This document shows, one piece after another, positions 26,083 to 40,349 of a stretch of 64,000 nucleotides of DNA (its first letter is position 1; each line of letters begins with the position of its first letter). This stretch comes from Tubulanus polymorphus (Eukaryota; Animalia; Nemertea). The translations under genes and the position numbers were made by a program. The notes beneath the pieces were generated by a model. The model saw only the letters and a program-made list of their open reading frames with translations, had not been told where the DNA came from and ran no database searches. Location: assembly GCF_964204645.1 (NCBI RefSeq), contig NC_134029.1, forward strand, positions 14,688,950-14,752,949, in the 5' to 3' direction.

Positions 26083-26763
26083 GTTGGTTGAATGGCTTGA
26101 TGAATACATTCCGTGTTCATTTCGTCAGGCATCTGTCAGCTTCTCTTCACGAATACCACACTGCTTACCAATCTATGATGCAATGACCATGTCTACCAGT
26201 ATCAAAGTGTATGTGAACCACATAAATTTTGATGTTAAGAGTGGTTTGAAGAAGGATGGATATCTTAATGCAGAGCTGCATTTTCCTGAAAATTCAATGG
26301 GAAGACATTCACCTGATCCGAGTGACAACAAAATAATACCTAATGTTGTGATGCTCACAAAACATTCCAATGGGTCTCTCAATCAGTGGAAGATTACATT
26401 TGCTGATAGCTCGAAGTTTTCCATGGTTTTGAGTGTAGCACATGCTTCAAGAGCCTGTGGACATCGTTTTCGAACAAACAATGCTGTTTGCCATCCTGTA
26501 TTACCTTTATTGCTCTCAACGTCACATCATAATATCCCAGTTAATGACCAACGATCTTTGTCATCATTAACTTGTGAAATATCATCATCACCATGTATGG
26601 GATGGTGTGCATCAACTGGCTTTTGTAGTGAACTTATTCTATGGCGAGTTGAACCAGTTGGGCCGCTTTCTAAGTCTGGTGGCTTGATGGAAGTCTCAAG
26701 GATTAATTCACCAGAAATATCAGCATTTGCGAATGTTGCGTGGTTGCCAACATTGCTACCAAG
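26083..26763 (+). CDS. DMXL: DMXL internal exon (WD40 region)
   Basis: LDEYIPCSFRQASVSFSSRIP, KHSNGSLNQW, CGHRF, CHPVLPLLLSTSHHN, SELILWRVEPVGPLS, NVAWLPTL. Phase 2 to 2. Confidence 0.97.
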
Positions 26764-27857
26764 GTAATATATAAGCATATCGACTATTTTTGCTGGTTTT
26801 GAAATGAAGCAGTCCTCAGAATATTCCTCATGAGAAATGGGGTTTTGAAAAATCTTACACTTGCTAATGCTCAAATGCGTTTTCTTAACATTTTGGGGTC
26901 ATAGTTGATCATTTTAATTTCGGTAATTATGAACTTTCCTTAACAGGGGCATTTAGATTTACCTGCATCTGTCCATTGCCGCAAGTGATGTAAACAGTGT
27001 AGAGGCTGCAATTGGGGCAGAACCCGTTTAAAAATTTTATAAAATCGAAAGAGTTCACACTGTATTCCCATTACATTCTTTCAATACCCATATTATTCTT
27101 ATGTTTGAAGACCATAAAGGCATCGTCGCTAGTAAAAATCCTGCCATTCACCGAACAACACCCGTAGTATCTCTACTGCCATCGTATAGAACTGATAATC
27201 CGATAAAAATTGTCTGTAACGCGTCATTTGCCTGTATCCATGATCCTAGCTATGACTGTCATAGCCAGTTGTACTAAGGGTCCTAAATCAAGATGAATTT
27301 TGGAAAGTTTTGAGGTGCATGAAGGGCCTACCTGTCAGTGAATTGTCTATATCGGTTTTACCTGGCAATGAAATGTTATCCCCATTACTATCCTAACTGG
27401 TGCTCGCGCACTGATACATTCATACGTAGTTCATAGAAACTAGGCAGTTGGTGGTTTACACTGGAGAGAATTGCTAGGGTTGTCTCTGCAGGGTTTGTCA
27501 GCCGCTAGCGCGGATTTATTTCACTGCGACTGAGGGATTTTCTTCATGAAAATTACCAGTAATGTGAAGTGCTTTACTCTCGGGAATACCCCGAGTAGTA
27601 GACAGCAGTGCTGTATACACGCAGCAAGATAAGTGGCTGCGTCCTGCCTCGTATAAACACAGACCGACTTAGATTGACTGACGAAAAATAAACTGTTCAG
27701 TGTAGTAGAAAACAAAAAGCAGGATTTCCGTGATTGTTAAAAAAATGTCCGTTACTCTTTATTTGGGGAAAAAATTGTACAAGCTTGATCATTGCCTAGA
27801 TGGATACATCGGGCGTGAAGTAAGCACAAAGGGGGAAGTTGTGAGGATTTTTGGAGC

Positions 27858-28075
27858 AATTCTAAGTGCATTCTTACGTTATCATGTGGTTTTTGCCGTA
27901 ATTAGTAGTGCCTGTCACATGAAGTTCATTCATTCATTGAATTCTAAGTGCATTCTTACGTTATCATGTGGTCTTTGCCGTAATTAGTAGTGCCTGTCAC
28001 ATGAATTTCATTCATTCATTGATGCATCACGCACACGCGCACGCACACAAACGTACACGCACACATACAGAACAC
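27858..28075. repeat. Two ~82-bp tandem copies followed by a CA/CG-rich microsatellite
   Basis: AATTCTAAGTGCATTCTTACG...CATTCATTG occurs twice, then CACGCACACGCGCACGCACAC. Confidence 0.85.
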
Positions 28076-28573
28076 AGTTTCATTGGCTAACGTGTGGACT
28101 ATACCATGATGGAAAATAGGATGGGTAGGATCTGTGTGATTACATTATGCTTTGTGGGGAAGGTAGCTATGGCCTATGCGCTATTACTCTTACACTTCAT
28201 GGTCAGTCATGCATTTTATTATTGAAACAAATCGATGCATTGAAATAAACTCAAATGAGAAAACTATAATGTCTTCAGAGAAGAAATGGTCAATTTATTT
28301 TCACAATTCCTCAATGAATTTTTCAGGATTTGGGGAAAATATAGCCATTTTTGGCTAGGGGAAAATGTCCTTTTTAACAGTAAAAAACAGCCTTGCGGAA
28401 ACCCTGAAATGTGAATTTGTTTTCACGGATTGAACTGATATCTCATGTATCCACTCACTACTATTTAGTCGATTTTAAACACTTGTCTTAGACCATATGG
28501 ACCTTATGGTCCTCTTGTTCACAGCTGTTTCGAATTTGTATGAACCCCAGCTCAATGATTTCCTGTTTTGCAG

Positions 28574-28712
28574 TTCCACTCTTGGCCAATACAGCAATTC
28601 TCCAAGTGCTCTCTTTGTGGCATCTGATGGTAAAATGCTTCGCATTTATCAAGCTGTGATTGATGCTAGAATGTTGCTCAAGCAAGTCGGTCTTCAGTGC
28701 AGACAAGGGAAA
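28574..28712 (+). CDS. DMXL: DMXL internal exon
   Basis: ttgcag acceptor, gtaagt donor. NSPSALFVASDGKMLRIYQAVIDAR. Phase 2 to 0. Confidence 0.95.
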
Positions 28713-30364
28713 GTAAGTATTTGATGTATTTTCGGATAGATGCCAACTTTTCATGTTCCGCCATATGTATGTCTAGGCATCAATCTCTTGATCTGGTTAA
28801 AATTTAGTTAAAGGCCTGGATTTCCTTCAAGTAAGACAGTCATGTCTCGATACACCGCCCCTCAATACATCACCAGCCTCACTTATCGTCAACATATAGA
28901 ACGCTAATATCTGGTGTATTACAAAACTCCTTATGCACCGCTACTGCCAATTTTTTGGCCAGCTGTAGGCTGAGCCTATTACTATACAAATGGAGCGAAT
29001 TTAAATGACATGGTTTCCACACAAAAGGCTCTTTTGCTTGCCAAGTGAGGGCATATTCGAACAAATCACGTATTTAAGCGTAATCCATTCTCGGAATCGT
29101 AGCGAGCAGAATTTTGAAATAGGGTCTCATAAAAATGTTTTCTGCATTTTTCACGAAAGTTAAATCGGGAAAATTTCAATTTTTATCAGCCAATCAGGAA
29201 GTTGTGTCTTCCCTGTGATTGGTTTATCTGAAAATATCAGCAGCTGTTCACGTGAATTATCGCGATTTCATTACTGGCGCTTTTGCGCATGACGTCATGT
29301 ATCAACACGCGACAATACTTCCGCGTTCGCTACGTGTTCGCTGATTGGCCCATTTACTGGGAAATTCCACAGAAGCCTAATGTGGTTTGTTACAAGCGCT
29401 GTGATTGGCCCGACCCGATTCCGGCATGGCTTTAGCTTAGTGGGTTCGAATCCCTTGACGGGTGAAGATGAAGATGATGGATCCTATCAATATCTATTGA
29501 AACAAATAAGTTTCCCGGTTGGGCAGCCGCGGATATCTACCGGAAGTGTTCCGGTTCGATATTTCGAGGTTTCTTTGAATTTGTGAGTGATATAAAAATC
29601 CGGTAAATACCAGCGGTAGATTGTGAAAACCCATTGCATGATATTTGTATTACTTAATCAACGAAAAGCGTCGGGGGCCGCGCCAGGAGTTTTCGTGATT
29701 CAAGTAGCGCAATAGCCTACTTCTTCGTGTTCGTCCACCTCAATTTTCACTCCGCCGATCTCTGACACGGCTCTGTCCCCGTCGGCGCTGTGATTGCACT
29801 TTCGTACCACCAAAATTTTTTATTTCTATATCAGGGAGGTCTGGAGAATAAAAAAGTCAAAATTTGGATATCACATAGGCCTGATTTCATCGAATAAGTC
29901 GACCATGGTCGTTACGTTTCCGAACTTATTACCACCTAAAACCGTCTGAACAATTTTGTCACAACCAACATTTCGTTTACAGAAATCAGGTGTTCACGTG
30001 AATCCGCGGTATCGTCTACTGTTTTACTTCCGGGTTTTATTTTAAGATTTAAAATTGTATTTCAAGATCGATTTCTATGAAATCTTTAGTTGATTTGGTG
30101 TTTGGGAGGAATTTTTATTTGCTCTACAGAAAATTCATCCTTGACAATTGCGCAAGGTTCGCGAAAAAAAGGTTTTACCAAATCGGGTGTATGACCTTGA
30201 TATGCTAATTAGCCATGTGCCCGAATTGCAAATTCAATCAAATTTTATTCTGCCAAAAAATGTTAAATACAATTCGCTTTCCGAGAGTTAATGGTATGCT
30301 GCATGGAACTAAGTTGTTTTGAGATGGGTCTTGAAGCTATTGAGGTCGAGAGATAAAAGAGGGA

Positions 30365-30865
30365 AATTTTGAAGACACTTTTATCAATAACCTTGATCAT
30401 TCATATATATTTGTATCCCCCGAGGGCCCATCATCATGAGAAAAATTGAGTCGATCGGACTCAAGATGGCCGTACGGTGACCTTTTTTGTTCCCAAAAAT
30501 GTCAATTTTGGCCTGAATTCTGAGTACTGTAGCTTTCTAATGGTGCGCCATGTTTCATTGCAATTTGTAATGGGTATTCTTTGGAAAGGGATCTTTTATA
30601 TCCGAGAGGGTATTTTTGACCAGGCAATTATGACGCACTTGGCAGCCATCTTGGGGTCATCAGTACTCATTCGTAGGTGGAAAAAAAGTTTTTCCTCATC
30701 ATAATTGATACTTAAGCATATTTTGCTACTATAATCAATTGGAAAGTTGTAGCTCATGACATGTTCTATGATCGAGGTGAGTTTCAAGCTCATTGGTTTT
30801 TTTATGGCCACCAGGGGGCGTTGAACAATACAATAACTTAGTATTTCTATATTACATTCGTTCCT
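30365..30865 (+). mobile_element. HINE family A internal fragment
   Basis: Aligns by eye with ~16800-17290. Confidence 0.8.
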
Positions 30866-32997
30866 GCTGTCTGTTTTAACACACGATTTTACTATGTAAA
30901 TGATATTGAGCAGGGAGTGTATATTGATAAATATAACCCACAGATTACATCATTTATAAAAAGCAAATCTGACAGGCTGGCCATTGTGCCCCTTGGGGCT
31001 CTTGTTCTTTTTAGTACTATAAATTCGGAAGAGTATCAAGATAGTTAAATAATAATAAAGACGCAACTATCACAATCTTCATGATGATAATGAGTTTATT
31101 TACATGTTCAAACGTTTCAATCGATTTCGACTCATCTCTTCGAGTCCTTTTCAAGAAATGACATGAAAAGATACAATCTATGCATAGTATACTGTTACTA
31201 ATTACAGAGAATATCATGCAGGCGTGAAGTGGCCTAGTTTACAAAGTACAAATGGATTCTAAACAAGTGGATTCTTTTTAGTACATTCCTGCACATAATT
31301 GCCAATGAAAAGATTCATACGTTGTCAGCCAGTATCACCTTCTGAAGTCAAATTAAGCGCCTAAGATTTTAGTTTTAAATGAGATTCACTAATTATAATC
31401 CTACAAGTTAGAAAAACAAAATCTCTTACTTAAACCTAAATCGTAGGTGTGGGTGAAATTTCGTCTTTTCACCTGACAGCTAAATCCAATGCTACACTCG
31501 GCCTCAGCACGAGACCCTGCCACATTAGGGCAGTTGCACAGGTACATGCGCAACTTTACCAATTAGGTTGCTGGTATAATTGCTGAGGCAAATTTCATGG
31601 GAATAACCCAGGCTAAACGGTATATCTGATTGCTGATAATGGTGTGGAATTTTCCTCTCCTAAAGCATGTGGAATACTATCCTCTCTTTGTTACATTAAA
31701 TGTGGAAGCATTTTCTTTAATGTGATAATTTAAATTTCTCCCTACACATAAGTACAATGGAAAAAACGTTCACTTGCAGTGAGCTCACACAGTGAAATGC
31801 CAAATTTTGAGAATTTAAATTCAGTTCACAATGCATTTTCCATGACCAACTGGCCATGCCTATTACTCCTCAAGCCGCCCGAATCCACCCTGCACTTTTT
31901 TCATACGCTGCACGAAAATGGTTTTATTTGGATTTGAACCCAAAAGCTTATGATAAACTACACACCTAAGTCCTCAAAATACCGAACAGAAATCAACATC
32001 CTCCTACTTCAATTTTTCAAGTATTTCGAGTTCGAACATGACACATCTGAACGCTCACTTCAAATGAAAGTAAGTTTCAATGATATTCGGGGGGCCAAAA
32101 GGACACAATTTTTGTGGCCCACATCATTAAATCTTACATCATATGAAAGCCTTGACTATTTACTACAAAATAACACTAACTTGTAATGCATGGAAATAAA
32201 CAGTAAATGAGCTATTAGGTATCGGGATGAACTTGGATTTGGCCTTGAATTTTTTGAGGAGTAATTGACACTTCATAGTGCAATTCCTGAGTGCTAATGG
32301 GTTAAACAATTTCCCATAAACGACATCATATTTATCACCCTAAGGCTTATCATCATTAGAAAAATTTGGAAAAGTGTTGGATTCAAGATATTGCTCTCCC
32401 TTAATCTTTCATGTACCATAAAGGTCGTTTTTGTAATGAATTTAAGCTGTAGCCCTGTAGCCAACCAATGGTTTTCTGTTGAAATGTCAGGTGCGTATAC
32501 ATTGGGAAGAGATCTCTAACCCAAATTCAAGCTTTTAGTAAGCGTTTATTTACTTAATGGCGTGACACGCAATTGATAGTTGTCTTCCTGGATCGGTACA
32601 GTCCAATTAAAATCTTAATATCGGTCTTGATATATGCAGGCACTACTATATATTTCACGACAAAAGGGATCTTTGCAATGGTGATGTTAAATGAACAGAT
32701 TGGGGGTGAATTTAGGCTGCAAAAGTCTTCATTGACTGATTATCTATTATTCATGTATGGAATAACGCTGATTTGCTTTGTATGTTCATGTAGTACCCAG
32801 ATTATTTTGATGGATGGGGATAGGAACTGGTAAGAAACTCTGCCCCCGCAAATGCTTAAATATTCTGGTCTTTTTTTCCAATAATCTCGACAAAATTCCG
32901 TGGAATGATGTTTAAACACAGGCAAAGTATCGCTAAATTCATCTCCTTTTTTAAGTGGTAAAACCCTTCACTTAAAATTTCTTTTCTAATATTTCAG

Positions 32998-33162
32998 AAT
33001 CCAAGCCTTTCTAGCAGTGCATCATCAACTTATGGTGATTCTCATGCTACCTCTCCCATATTCAGTGAATGCTGTGATTCTTCATTTAACATTGTCAGCG
33101 ATCAGAGTACTGCTAGACCTGGATGTATCATTGAACTAGATGCTATATCCGATGCTTGTCAG
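32998..33162 (+). CDS. DMXL: DMXL internal exon (not in the ORF track)
   Basis: tttcag acceptor, gtattg donor. FNIVSDQSTARPGCIIELDAI is a conserved DMXL motif. Phase 0 to 0. Confidence 0.95.
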
Positions 33163-33493
33163 GTATTGAATAATTGTCATTAACTAACATTAACCTATGT
33201 CACTATTCAGTAAATACCATTCGCAACATTTGAAATAACATATAGTGCTGTTATTCCCCTAATGTTCTAGTGACCACATTTAATCTTGTTCTTGGGCCGG
33301 TTGCTCAAAATTTGGTTAACTTTAACAAGTCGTTAAGCTTAACGACTCTTTTAAGTTCCTAACGACTCGTTAGTTAACATCCGCATTAAAAAGTGTTGCT
33401 CAAACGACCGTTAGAGGAACCGTTAGCTAACGACAGTTTAGGAACTTTAACGAGTCGTTTAAGTTCCTTAACCAGTCGTTAGTTGATTCCAAG

Positions 33494-35049
33494 ATGGCTA
33501 CCGCTTCAAACTTAAGTGAGAATGCTCCTCATAATATGTGCTTGAAAAGGAAGAGGAAGACTAATTTCTCATCACAAGAGATCGCACTATTGCGCAATTT
33601 GGTTGAAGAAAATTATCACACCATTCACAGTGGCTTTAATAACAAATTAGACCACAAAAAGAACATCGAAATATGGAAAGAAATCGGCAGTAAGGTATCA
33701 GCGTTTGGTGTTGAGGTGAGGTCAGCGGAGGAAGTTAGGGAGAAGTGGCGACAGTTAAATACAAACGCTAAGCAGGAGAAATCGGGATACAAAAAGGGCA
33801 TCAAGAAAACTGGTGGAGGTCCCCCACCACAAGAAATCTCGGAAATTAGCCAGGCAATCTTGAAGATCCAAGATGGAAACCTTTCTTTCACTGGGATTGA
33901 AGGAACAATTAATCTAGACTCTTTTCAACTAGAAGATGGTGTCAATGATGAGAGTATGTATATTTTTAATTCAACAAGAGTATATTGATATCTAAAAGAT
34001 TTATTGCATTCAGACCATAAATATGATTTTTCGGTTCGGTTAGTTGAACTGTCTGCTTTTGTTTACATTTGTACGGGATTCTTTACAAATGATGTCATAG
34101 GTCAGGGTCAAACTAATGCATAATTAATGAGATTACATACCATAGAGTAGTCCTTGAATTGGAGCTTAATCCCACTATGTGAACACAGTTTACAAGACGG
34201 GTCACCTTATTCAAATACATTTTCATCCCGGTGCAGTGTTAAAACTCTCGGGAGGAATATTCAAAATGCAGTTAGGCCTAGTTGAACTATTGAAGTATTT
34301 CATCGCGCGTGTACACCAGGCTACACCGCTCCACAAAAAGCTCTAAACCTGGAAAGCTAATTACCAGTACCGAAAGTTTGGAACGTGAGGAAATATAACC
34401 GACGCGTTCGGGCCGCCATCGGCGGGTCGGATGGTTCATCTTTATCGCCCTTTACCTCTGGCCTGTTTCGGAAAAGCTCAATTGTTTTCATAAATCACCT
34501 TGACCTGGCTGGTCATCTTATTTTCTTGTATTTTTTCTCATTAGAAATTTCATTAAAGACTGGGTAGGCCTAGTCGCGTTCTATAGACCCAAGAGGAGGA
34601 AATAATCAAACTTTTACAGTTTCAGCTGAAGTAGGCCCTGAAGAAGAAGTAATTAATGATGTTGAAGTTGAGTTAGTTCCACAGCCTAAGAAGATACCCC
34701 AACAGTCAACTCCAGCAGAAAGAGGCGCCGCGCCGATCAAGATATACCACAGATGATCGTCTCCAATTACATTGCCAGATGAAATTGTAAACCCAATAGA
34801 CCCATGAACTGAACAAATTCTTCATTCTAGAGGCTACCAGCTAAAATAAGTTGTGTATGACTCATTTACCATTTAAGGTGCTAGAAGCTGACAAAGAGCG
34901 CATCGCACTGTAATCGGCGAAAATTAAACTGGAAATGGAGAAACTGCAGGTAGAAATCGTAATCTTGAAGAGGCAAAATAATATTCTGGATATCACCGAA
35001 TTGTCACTCGAGCAGCTAAGTGAACTAATTGGAAAAGAACAATAATTGA
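33494..35049 (+). pseudogene. Harbinger Myb/SANT-like (NAIF1/MSANTD-type) DNA-binding protein, spliced, distal exons disrupted
   Basis: RKRKTNFSSQEIALL...WKEI...RSAEEVREKW...KTGGGPPP. Probable further exons near 34627 (acidic) and 34878 (coiled coil) carry stops. Confidence 0.85.
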
Positions 35050-35144
35050 AAGGAAGTTTTAAATTAATTAATTGAAAAATATTTATTGTTATTGTTATAT
35101 TCTTAAATTAGTAAATAAAGGCTACATTATCCAATGGAAATCTC

Positions 35145-37421
35145 TTTATGCAAAAAATGTATTGGCAAGATCGTCCCTGTAAAGTGTTCCCTGACGATCA
35201 TTCCCATTATAAGGTTCAACTTCTACTTCCTCTTCTATAGCTTCCATTGGTTCCAACACCGGTTCGTTCTATTCTATTGCAATGTTGTGTAGGATCATTG
35301 CAGTGACAACAACTCTCGATGCACGTTCGGGTGAAATTCTGAGCTCCTCGTGTAAAACATGGAAACGTCTCTTTAGTACACCAAAAACCCGCTCGATCGT
35401 TACGCGTGTGCTCTTTTGACTCCGATTATAATTTCTCTGGGGTTGGTTTGCCGGATTGAGGTAAGGGGTCAAGATATGGACGGCACGCATACCCGCTATC
35501 ACAAAGAATTATATCATTATGAACTGGCTGGGCCTCTATCCATCTACAATAGAGGAATCATTAAAATAACTATAAGGTTTAGTAATCATGTCGTGGGTCT
35601 CAGATGGCAGAAACATACCTACTTAAACCTGAAGATCTGAATATGTGGCTATCGTGTACTTCCCAGCCATCTTGCAACAACGTTAATAAATAACAATAAA
35701 ACGAACTATAAACAAAGAATGGAAAATGTATGAATGACTATTACTTGAAATTAGGGATGTTCAAGGTAAAAAGGAGCAATATTTTTTCATTTTCAGTGTC
35801 TTAAGAATAGAAAGAGATACTAGAGATTAAATCGGCTTCCCAGCTTTTTAGGCCTTTTGTAAAATGTCATTCTTTATTAAGATGTTATTGGCGAAATTTG
35901 TACTTGTGAATGATGGAAAAATGGCTTGTTATAATAATTTCTATCAGTCCGATTGATAATTAATCAATTAAATCTAGTAGACATATATTTCTCCAGAGAA
36001 TGAATTACCACAAAAATGATTCCCTGATTTGAATATATTCGGAGCTACCCTTCATCGGACATAGGAGTATTGTGAGTGTTGAGTAGGAAGTGATATGAAT
36101 TACCAGTACACCAGAACCGGCAATCCGGCTAGTGCCCACTCATTTCAAAAATAAGTATATCAAATCATCATTCAATCTTCCAGGGCAACCGTAAGTTTTA
36201 CCACATATTAATTACGAGGCCGCTTACTTACGGGTACTATCACTTATTCCTTGCCCATTCAAACTGTGGAAATTTTTTCTGTTGACATTTGTATGTTCAT
36301 TTGGGCCTCCGGGTGACTGGACGTATTGGCCCCACTCCGCGCCACCGCGCGGGATTTACGCGAAGCAGCAAACACAAACATGGCCACTCTCTGAATTTTC
36401 GATGATAGAAATCGTGTGTGCATTTCAATTATTTCGGCTGTTAGAGTTTTAAGGCACAATATAAGTTGATGATGTGATATGGGGATGTTAATTAATGATA
36501 ATTCCGCAGTGAAGCTAGTCACGAACGGTGCCGATTGAGTGTACAGCTGCCAAAAACACTGAAATGTGCGTAGTTGCGTAACTATTTGCAGTGAATTGCA
36601 GACGAAACATGAAGCCTTAACGGCCATTTAAAAAAAAATTATACCAATCGCAATTGTAAAATAAAAATCAGATAGGACCTAAGTTAAAATTCTGGCCATT
36701 TCTAAAATGTTATTACTAATTTTTAGTCAGTGCCGAACGTTAAGTTGTCCAACAATAATGAGGGGTGGTAGGTAGTCATGCAATTCAAGTCATCATTTAT
36801 TACACGTTACTTCCCAGTTGTTGAAAATCTCGCGAGTCCTGGACCAAACCCCATTGAACAATGTGATCTGTGTGCTGGTCACAAATGCACACAGATCACA
36901 GTACCCACAGCTTTCATATATCAATCCAAATATTTAGAGTGTCTTTCTTCCTGGATTCGAACATGTGTACAATCAACCTCTCCGATGACTCTGGGAAACC
37001 CAGCCATCTGGTAAAATCCGTCCCTCGACTTTTTCTTCTCTTCCTCAGTCATTGGCCAACGAATAAATCTAGACATTATCTCCTGACTTGTCATTAGTTC
37101 ACAAAATTGATGAATACATCTAGATACTGTCAACTTGTGAACTTTAAATGTATCTCCGATCACGGCCATAAATGCCCCACTCCCTAGAAAGCGCAGCGAT
37201 ATTAAGACGATTTCTTGGGCACTCAGTGCTTGATTTCTTTTTGTTTCCCTTTGCAAGCCATCTTCAATTAACACTGTTATTTATTCGATTCCCTGTCTGT
37301 CGAATCGATATTTTTTTCGCAGTTCCTCACCTGGCAGCTCAAGCTCGAGTATAGGTGGCCGTTGTCTACGATTCAAAACTAAATTATCATAATGTTCACC
37401 CAAAAAAAGTTGTCGCGCCAT
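35145..37421 (-). pseudogene. Harbinger (HARBI1-like) DDE transposase, disrupted
   Basis: LRFLGSGAF...GFPRVIGEVDCTHVRI, NVVARWLGS..DSHIF, LTPYLNP...YNRSQKSTRVTIERVFGVLKRRF...LHN, with frameshifts. Confidence 0.9.
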
Positions 37422-39766
37422 TTTCTATTGAAGTTAACGGTCACGTTAAGCAGTTAACGTGGCTACAGGAGGTTGTTTAAATTTAACAACTGGTTAAGGA
37501 TATTTAACGACACGATAACTTTTGAGCAACCGAACTTATTGTGTCGTTAAGAAATATCGACACGATAAGTGATTTAACGACACGTTAGGAGTTAACCAAC
37601 TTTTGAGCAACCAAACTTATTGTGTCGTTAAGAAATAACGACACGATGAGTGATTTAACGACACGTTAGGAGTTAACCAACTTTTGAGCAACCGGCCCCC
37701 TGTAGTCTGTTGTTAGAATTTCACTTCTCGTCTGACCTCTTCAACATTAAACGTAACTTGTTTACTAAAAAAACTTAATTAGTTCAGGGTCCTCTAGTGA
37801 CTTATTCGATCATAAGTCCATACATACAGGGATTGTTACGCTTGTTATCGGAGAACAACAGTAAGGTCATTTCATTGATATAAAACCCGACGAAAAGGTC
37901 TCTAACATGGGTTTCTACATAAAAGATTGTTTCAAAAACATTCTATCGGTATTTTTCCATATATTGAAAGTATCAAAATTTGTGGTTTGAATAACGTACC
38001 TTAGTAAATAAACGATTTTTGAATCCCTTAAACATGCAGTTTAAAGCTGATTACTGAACAATGATAAACACTTCCTGTTTTGATATTGTGAAATGATTCA
38101 CGGGCTAAAGACTGCATTAACCCTTTCAATACCACTTAGTGTCTCCGCTGCTGTACCGAGGGGAATTTAGGGGTTTATAGGGGTTCATTTGAAACTTCAT
38201 AGAAAAGTTACCAAGGTATCTGACACAGAAAATTTATATAGCATGTTGTTGATAACTTTTGGGCCAGCAATCTAGACATAGATAATTTGGATATAAGTGA
38301 ACTTGAGGTCAAGGTCACATACTCCAAGATGGCTGCCATGAAAAAATTCATGAAAAAGTTTCAGATAAACTGCTCTGTCTCCCAGCAAAATGCACTGATC
38401 TATTCAATTCCAACTGAAATTGCATACCATATATCCTTACTTTATGTAGTAAAAATTTCAAAGAAATAGAATAACTAAAAAATTTATTTTTCCACTCATT
38501 TACCAACTTCTCCAACGATATGTTGGAAGGCTGGTTGTAAGGGGTTTCATTGGGGTATAATTTCAGGCCTCAGAAAATTGTTACCTATGTATTTGACACT
38601 GATACATTGTATACCATTGTGTCGATAACCATTGGGCTTACAAATAAGACAAATTATTTGGATATATGTGACTTTGAGGATGGACAGTTTCTGGTTCTTC
38701 ATTATATTGTTATTAGTGTCCGTTGCCATGACAACCGTATCAACAGGGTCTGAAAAAATTATCACTGATTTCATTTTCATCATCAAAATCATAGCCGGCA
38801 CTAAAAACCTATTTTCTGACTAAGTCTCATCATCTGAACTGCTGCTGTCATATTCGTTGTCACTCAATTTGTACACTACCAAATTCCAAGTCACCAGCAT
38901 CACTGTCAGCATCATATACAAGCTGCTGAACCATTTCATCTAGCCAAATTGTTTTTTCCTGACTGTTGCCATCATGGATTTTATGCAGATGGCAGCACTG
39001 GCTGATACTAATAGATATGCCCTTCTAGAAGAAGGGTGAAGTTGTAACGAGGTCCTATTCTGCCTGTTCTACAGTAGAAGTTTCCTCCAAATATCGACTC
39101 CGAGAGCCCAAAAACCAGTAAAAAGGCGGACTAAAGATATTAACACAATCACCTATTTTTCTATATTTTTCAAGAGAGAGAGGGCAGCACCCTCCAGTTA
39201 CAACATAGAAGACAACTGATGGACATATTCCATCACACCATCCCCCTTCAACTTGTTCAACTCCTATTTGAACAGGAATGTATAGTCAAAATATCTACAC
39301 AAATTTAAACAATTATAGTCCTTATTTTACAATATTAAGCTCCAAACTTCTCGGCTCTGGATACAGCAGACATCTAACACGACACCTAACACTAGTAGTC
39401 ATTGTTTCGCATTCGGGTTGAATCTCAGTGATTATGATATATGCAGCTTTCGGTCCCCACTATTGGTTTGTGGTTCGTTTTCGGGGCTCACCTAAGTGTA
39501 GCGTCTAACCAAAAATATCTATACCATCAAAAGGTAGATACGGCCAATGGACGCCGCACTTGGCTTGCCCCTCCGCCACTGTTCCTCATCCTGGGAAGCT
39601 GAAAAATATAATCAAAAGAAAACGGAAAGAAACTGTTCACAATAGGGTATGCTACATCTGGGGGGTCACGTGTGGTAGTATTTGGACTGAATGGCTTTTT
39701 GTCACTATCATTACAAAGAATAAGCGACTCCAGGTGAACCATCGTTAGGTGCCGAAGGAAACACAT

Positions 39767-40349
39767 TCAGACGCGATCTAACACACGGATTATTTCCCGA
39801 CAGACATAGTGCATGGCTTACATTTTGTAGTGTATCCCCACAAAATCAGAATCCGGGATATCTGGATGGTCGGCCTGTTGGAACCTGGCACGGAGGGCGA
39901 AGAGGTTAACCCGGTTGATGTTGTTTACCCGATTGTGGTCAACACGCCAGCAAGGAGGGACAGGGGTCTGTAGGTGTAAAAGGGGGACAGAAGGGTGCTT
40001 GCCCTTGAGTAGCGCCATAACGTCCGCAAACTCCTCTGTAGTTCCTGCCATAATCACTGGCATGGTTCATACCATGCGTGACCACAATCGCTCTTGCCCT
40101 AAAGGATACATGTGGGAGGTACTCCAACAAATCACCGAGTTGTTCACCAGGGTAGCAAATCGGAATCAGACTGCCGCTGGCCTTTAGCCCCGTAAACATT
40201 GAGTCTCACAGCAACACGATTGGTAAGTCCTCAACTGTCCTTTCTTTCAAGTCTTCAAGTTTTGGCCAGATGTGTGACGAGTCGCCACCACATTCGGCCA
40301 GGGCGTTCACTAGTCCCTGGCTGATGTACTCAAATGCTGCTGTGCTCAT
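39767..40349 (-). pseudogene. SGNH/GDSL hydrolase-like extra ORF of gypsy element 1
   Basis: IVLL*DSM (GDS block if TGA was GGA), ICYPG, IVVTHGMN, DFVGIHY, then terminal helix AMHYVCREIIRVL. One frameshift and two stops. Confidence 0.65.

Larger units (their letters stand above)
33294..37698. mobile_element. Full-length decayed Harbinger transposon
   Basis: TIR GGGCCGGTTGCTCAAAA, TTAACGAC-type subterminal repeats, convergent Myb/SANT and DDE transposase genes. The 3-bp TSD is imperfect. Confidence 0.92.

Noticed and set aside
27489-28406. hAT-like element CAGGGTTT...AAACCCTG
   Set aside because: Only an 8-bp terminal match and no TSD.
29428-29465. tRNA gene
   Set aside because: Only a B-box or T-arm-like motif is present; no acceptor, D or anticodon stems were found.
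32287-32305. piggyBac-like end (GTGCTAATGGG-TTAA)
   Set aside because: No matching opposite end was found.
35750-36780. Separate insertion inside the Harbinger transposase gene
   Set aside because: The sequence looks foreign, but no TIR or TSD could be fixed, so it may be an intron.
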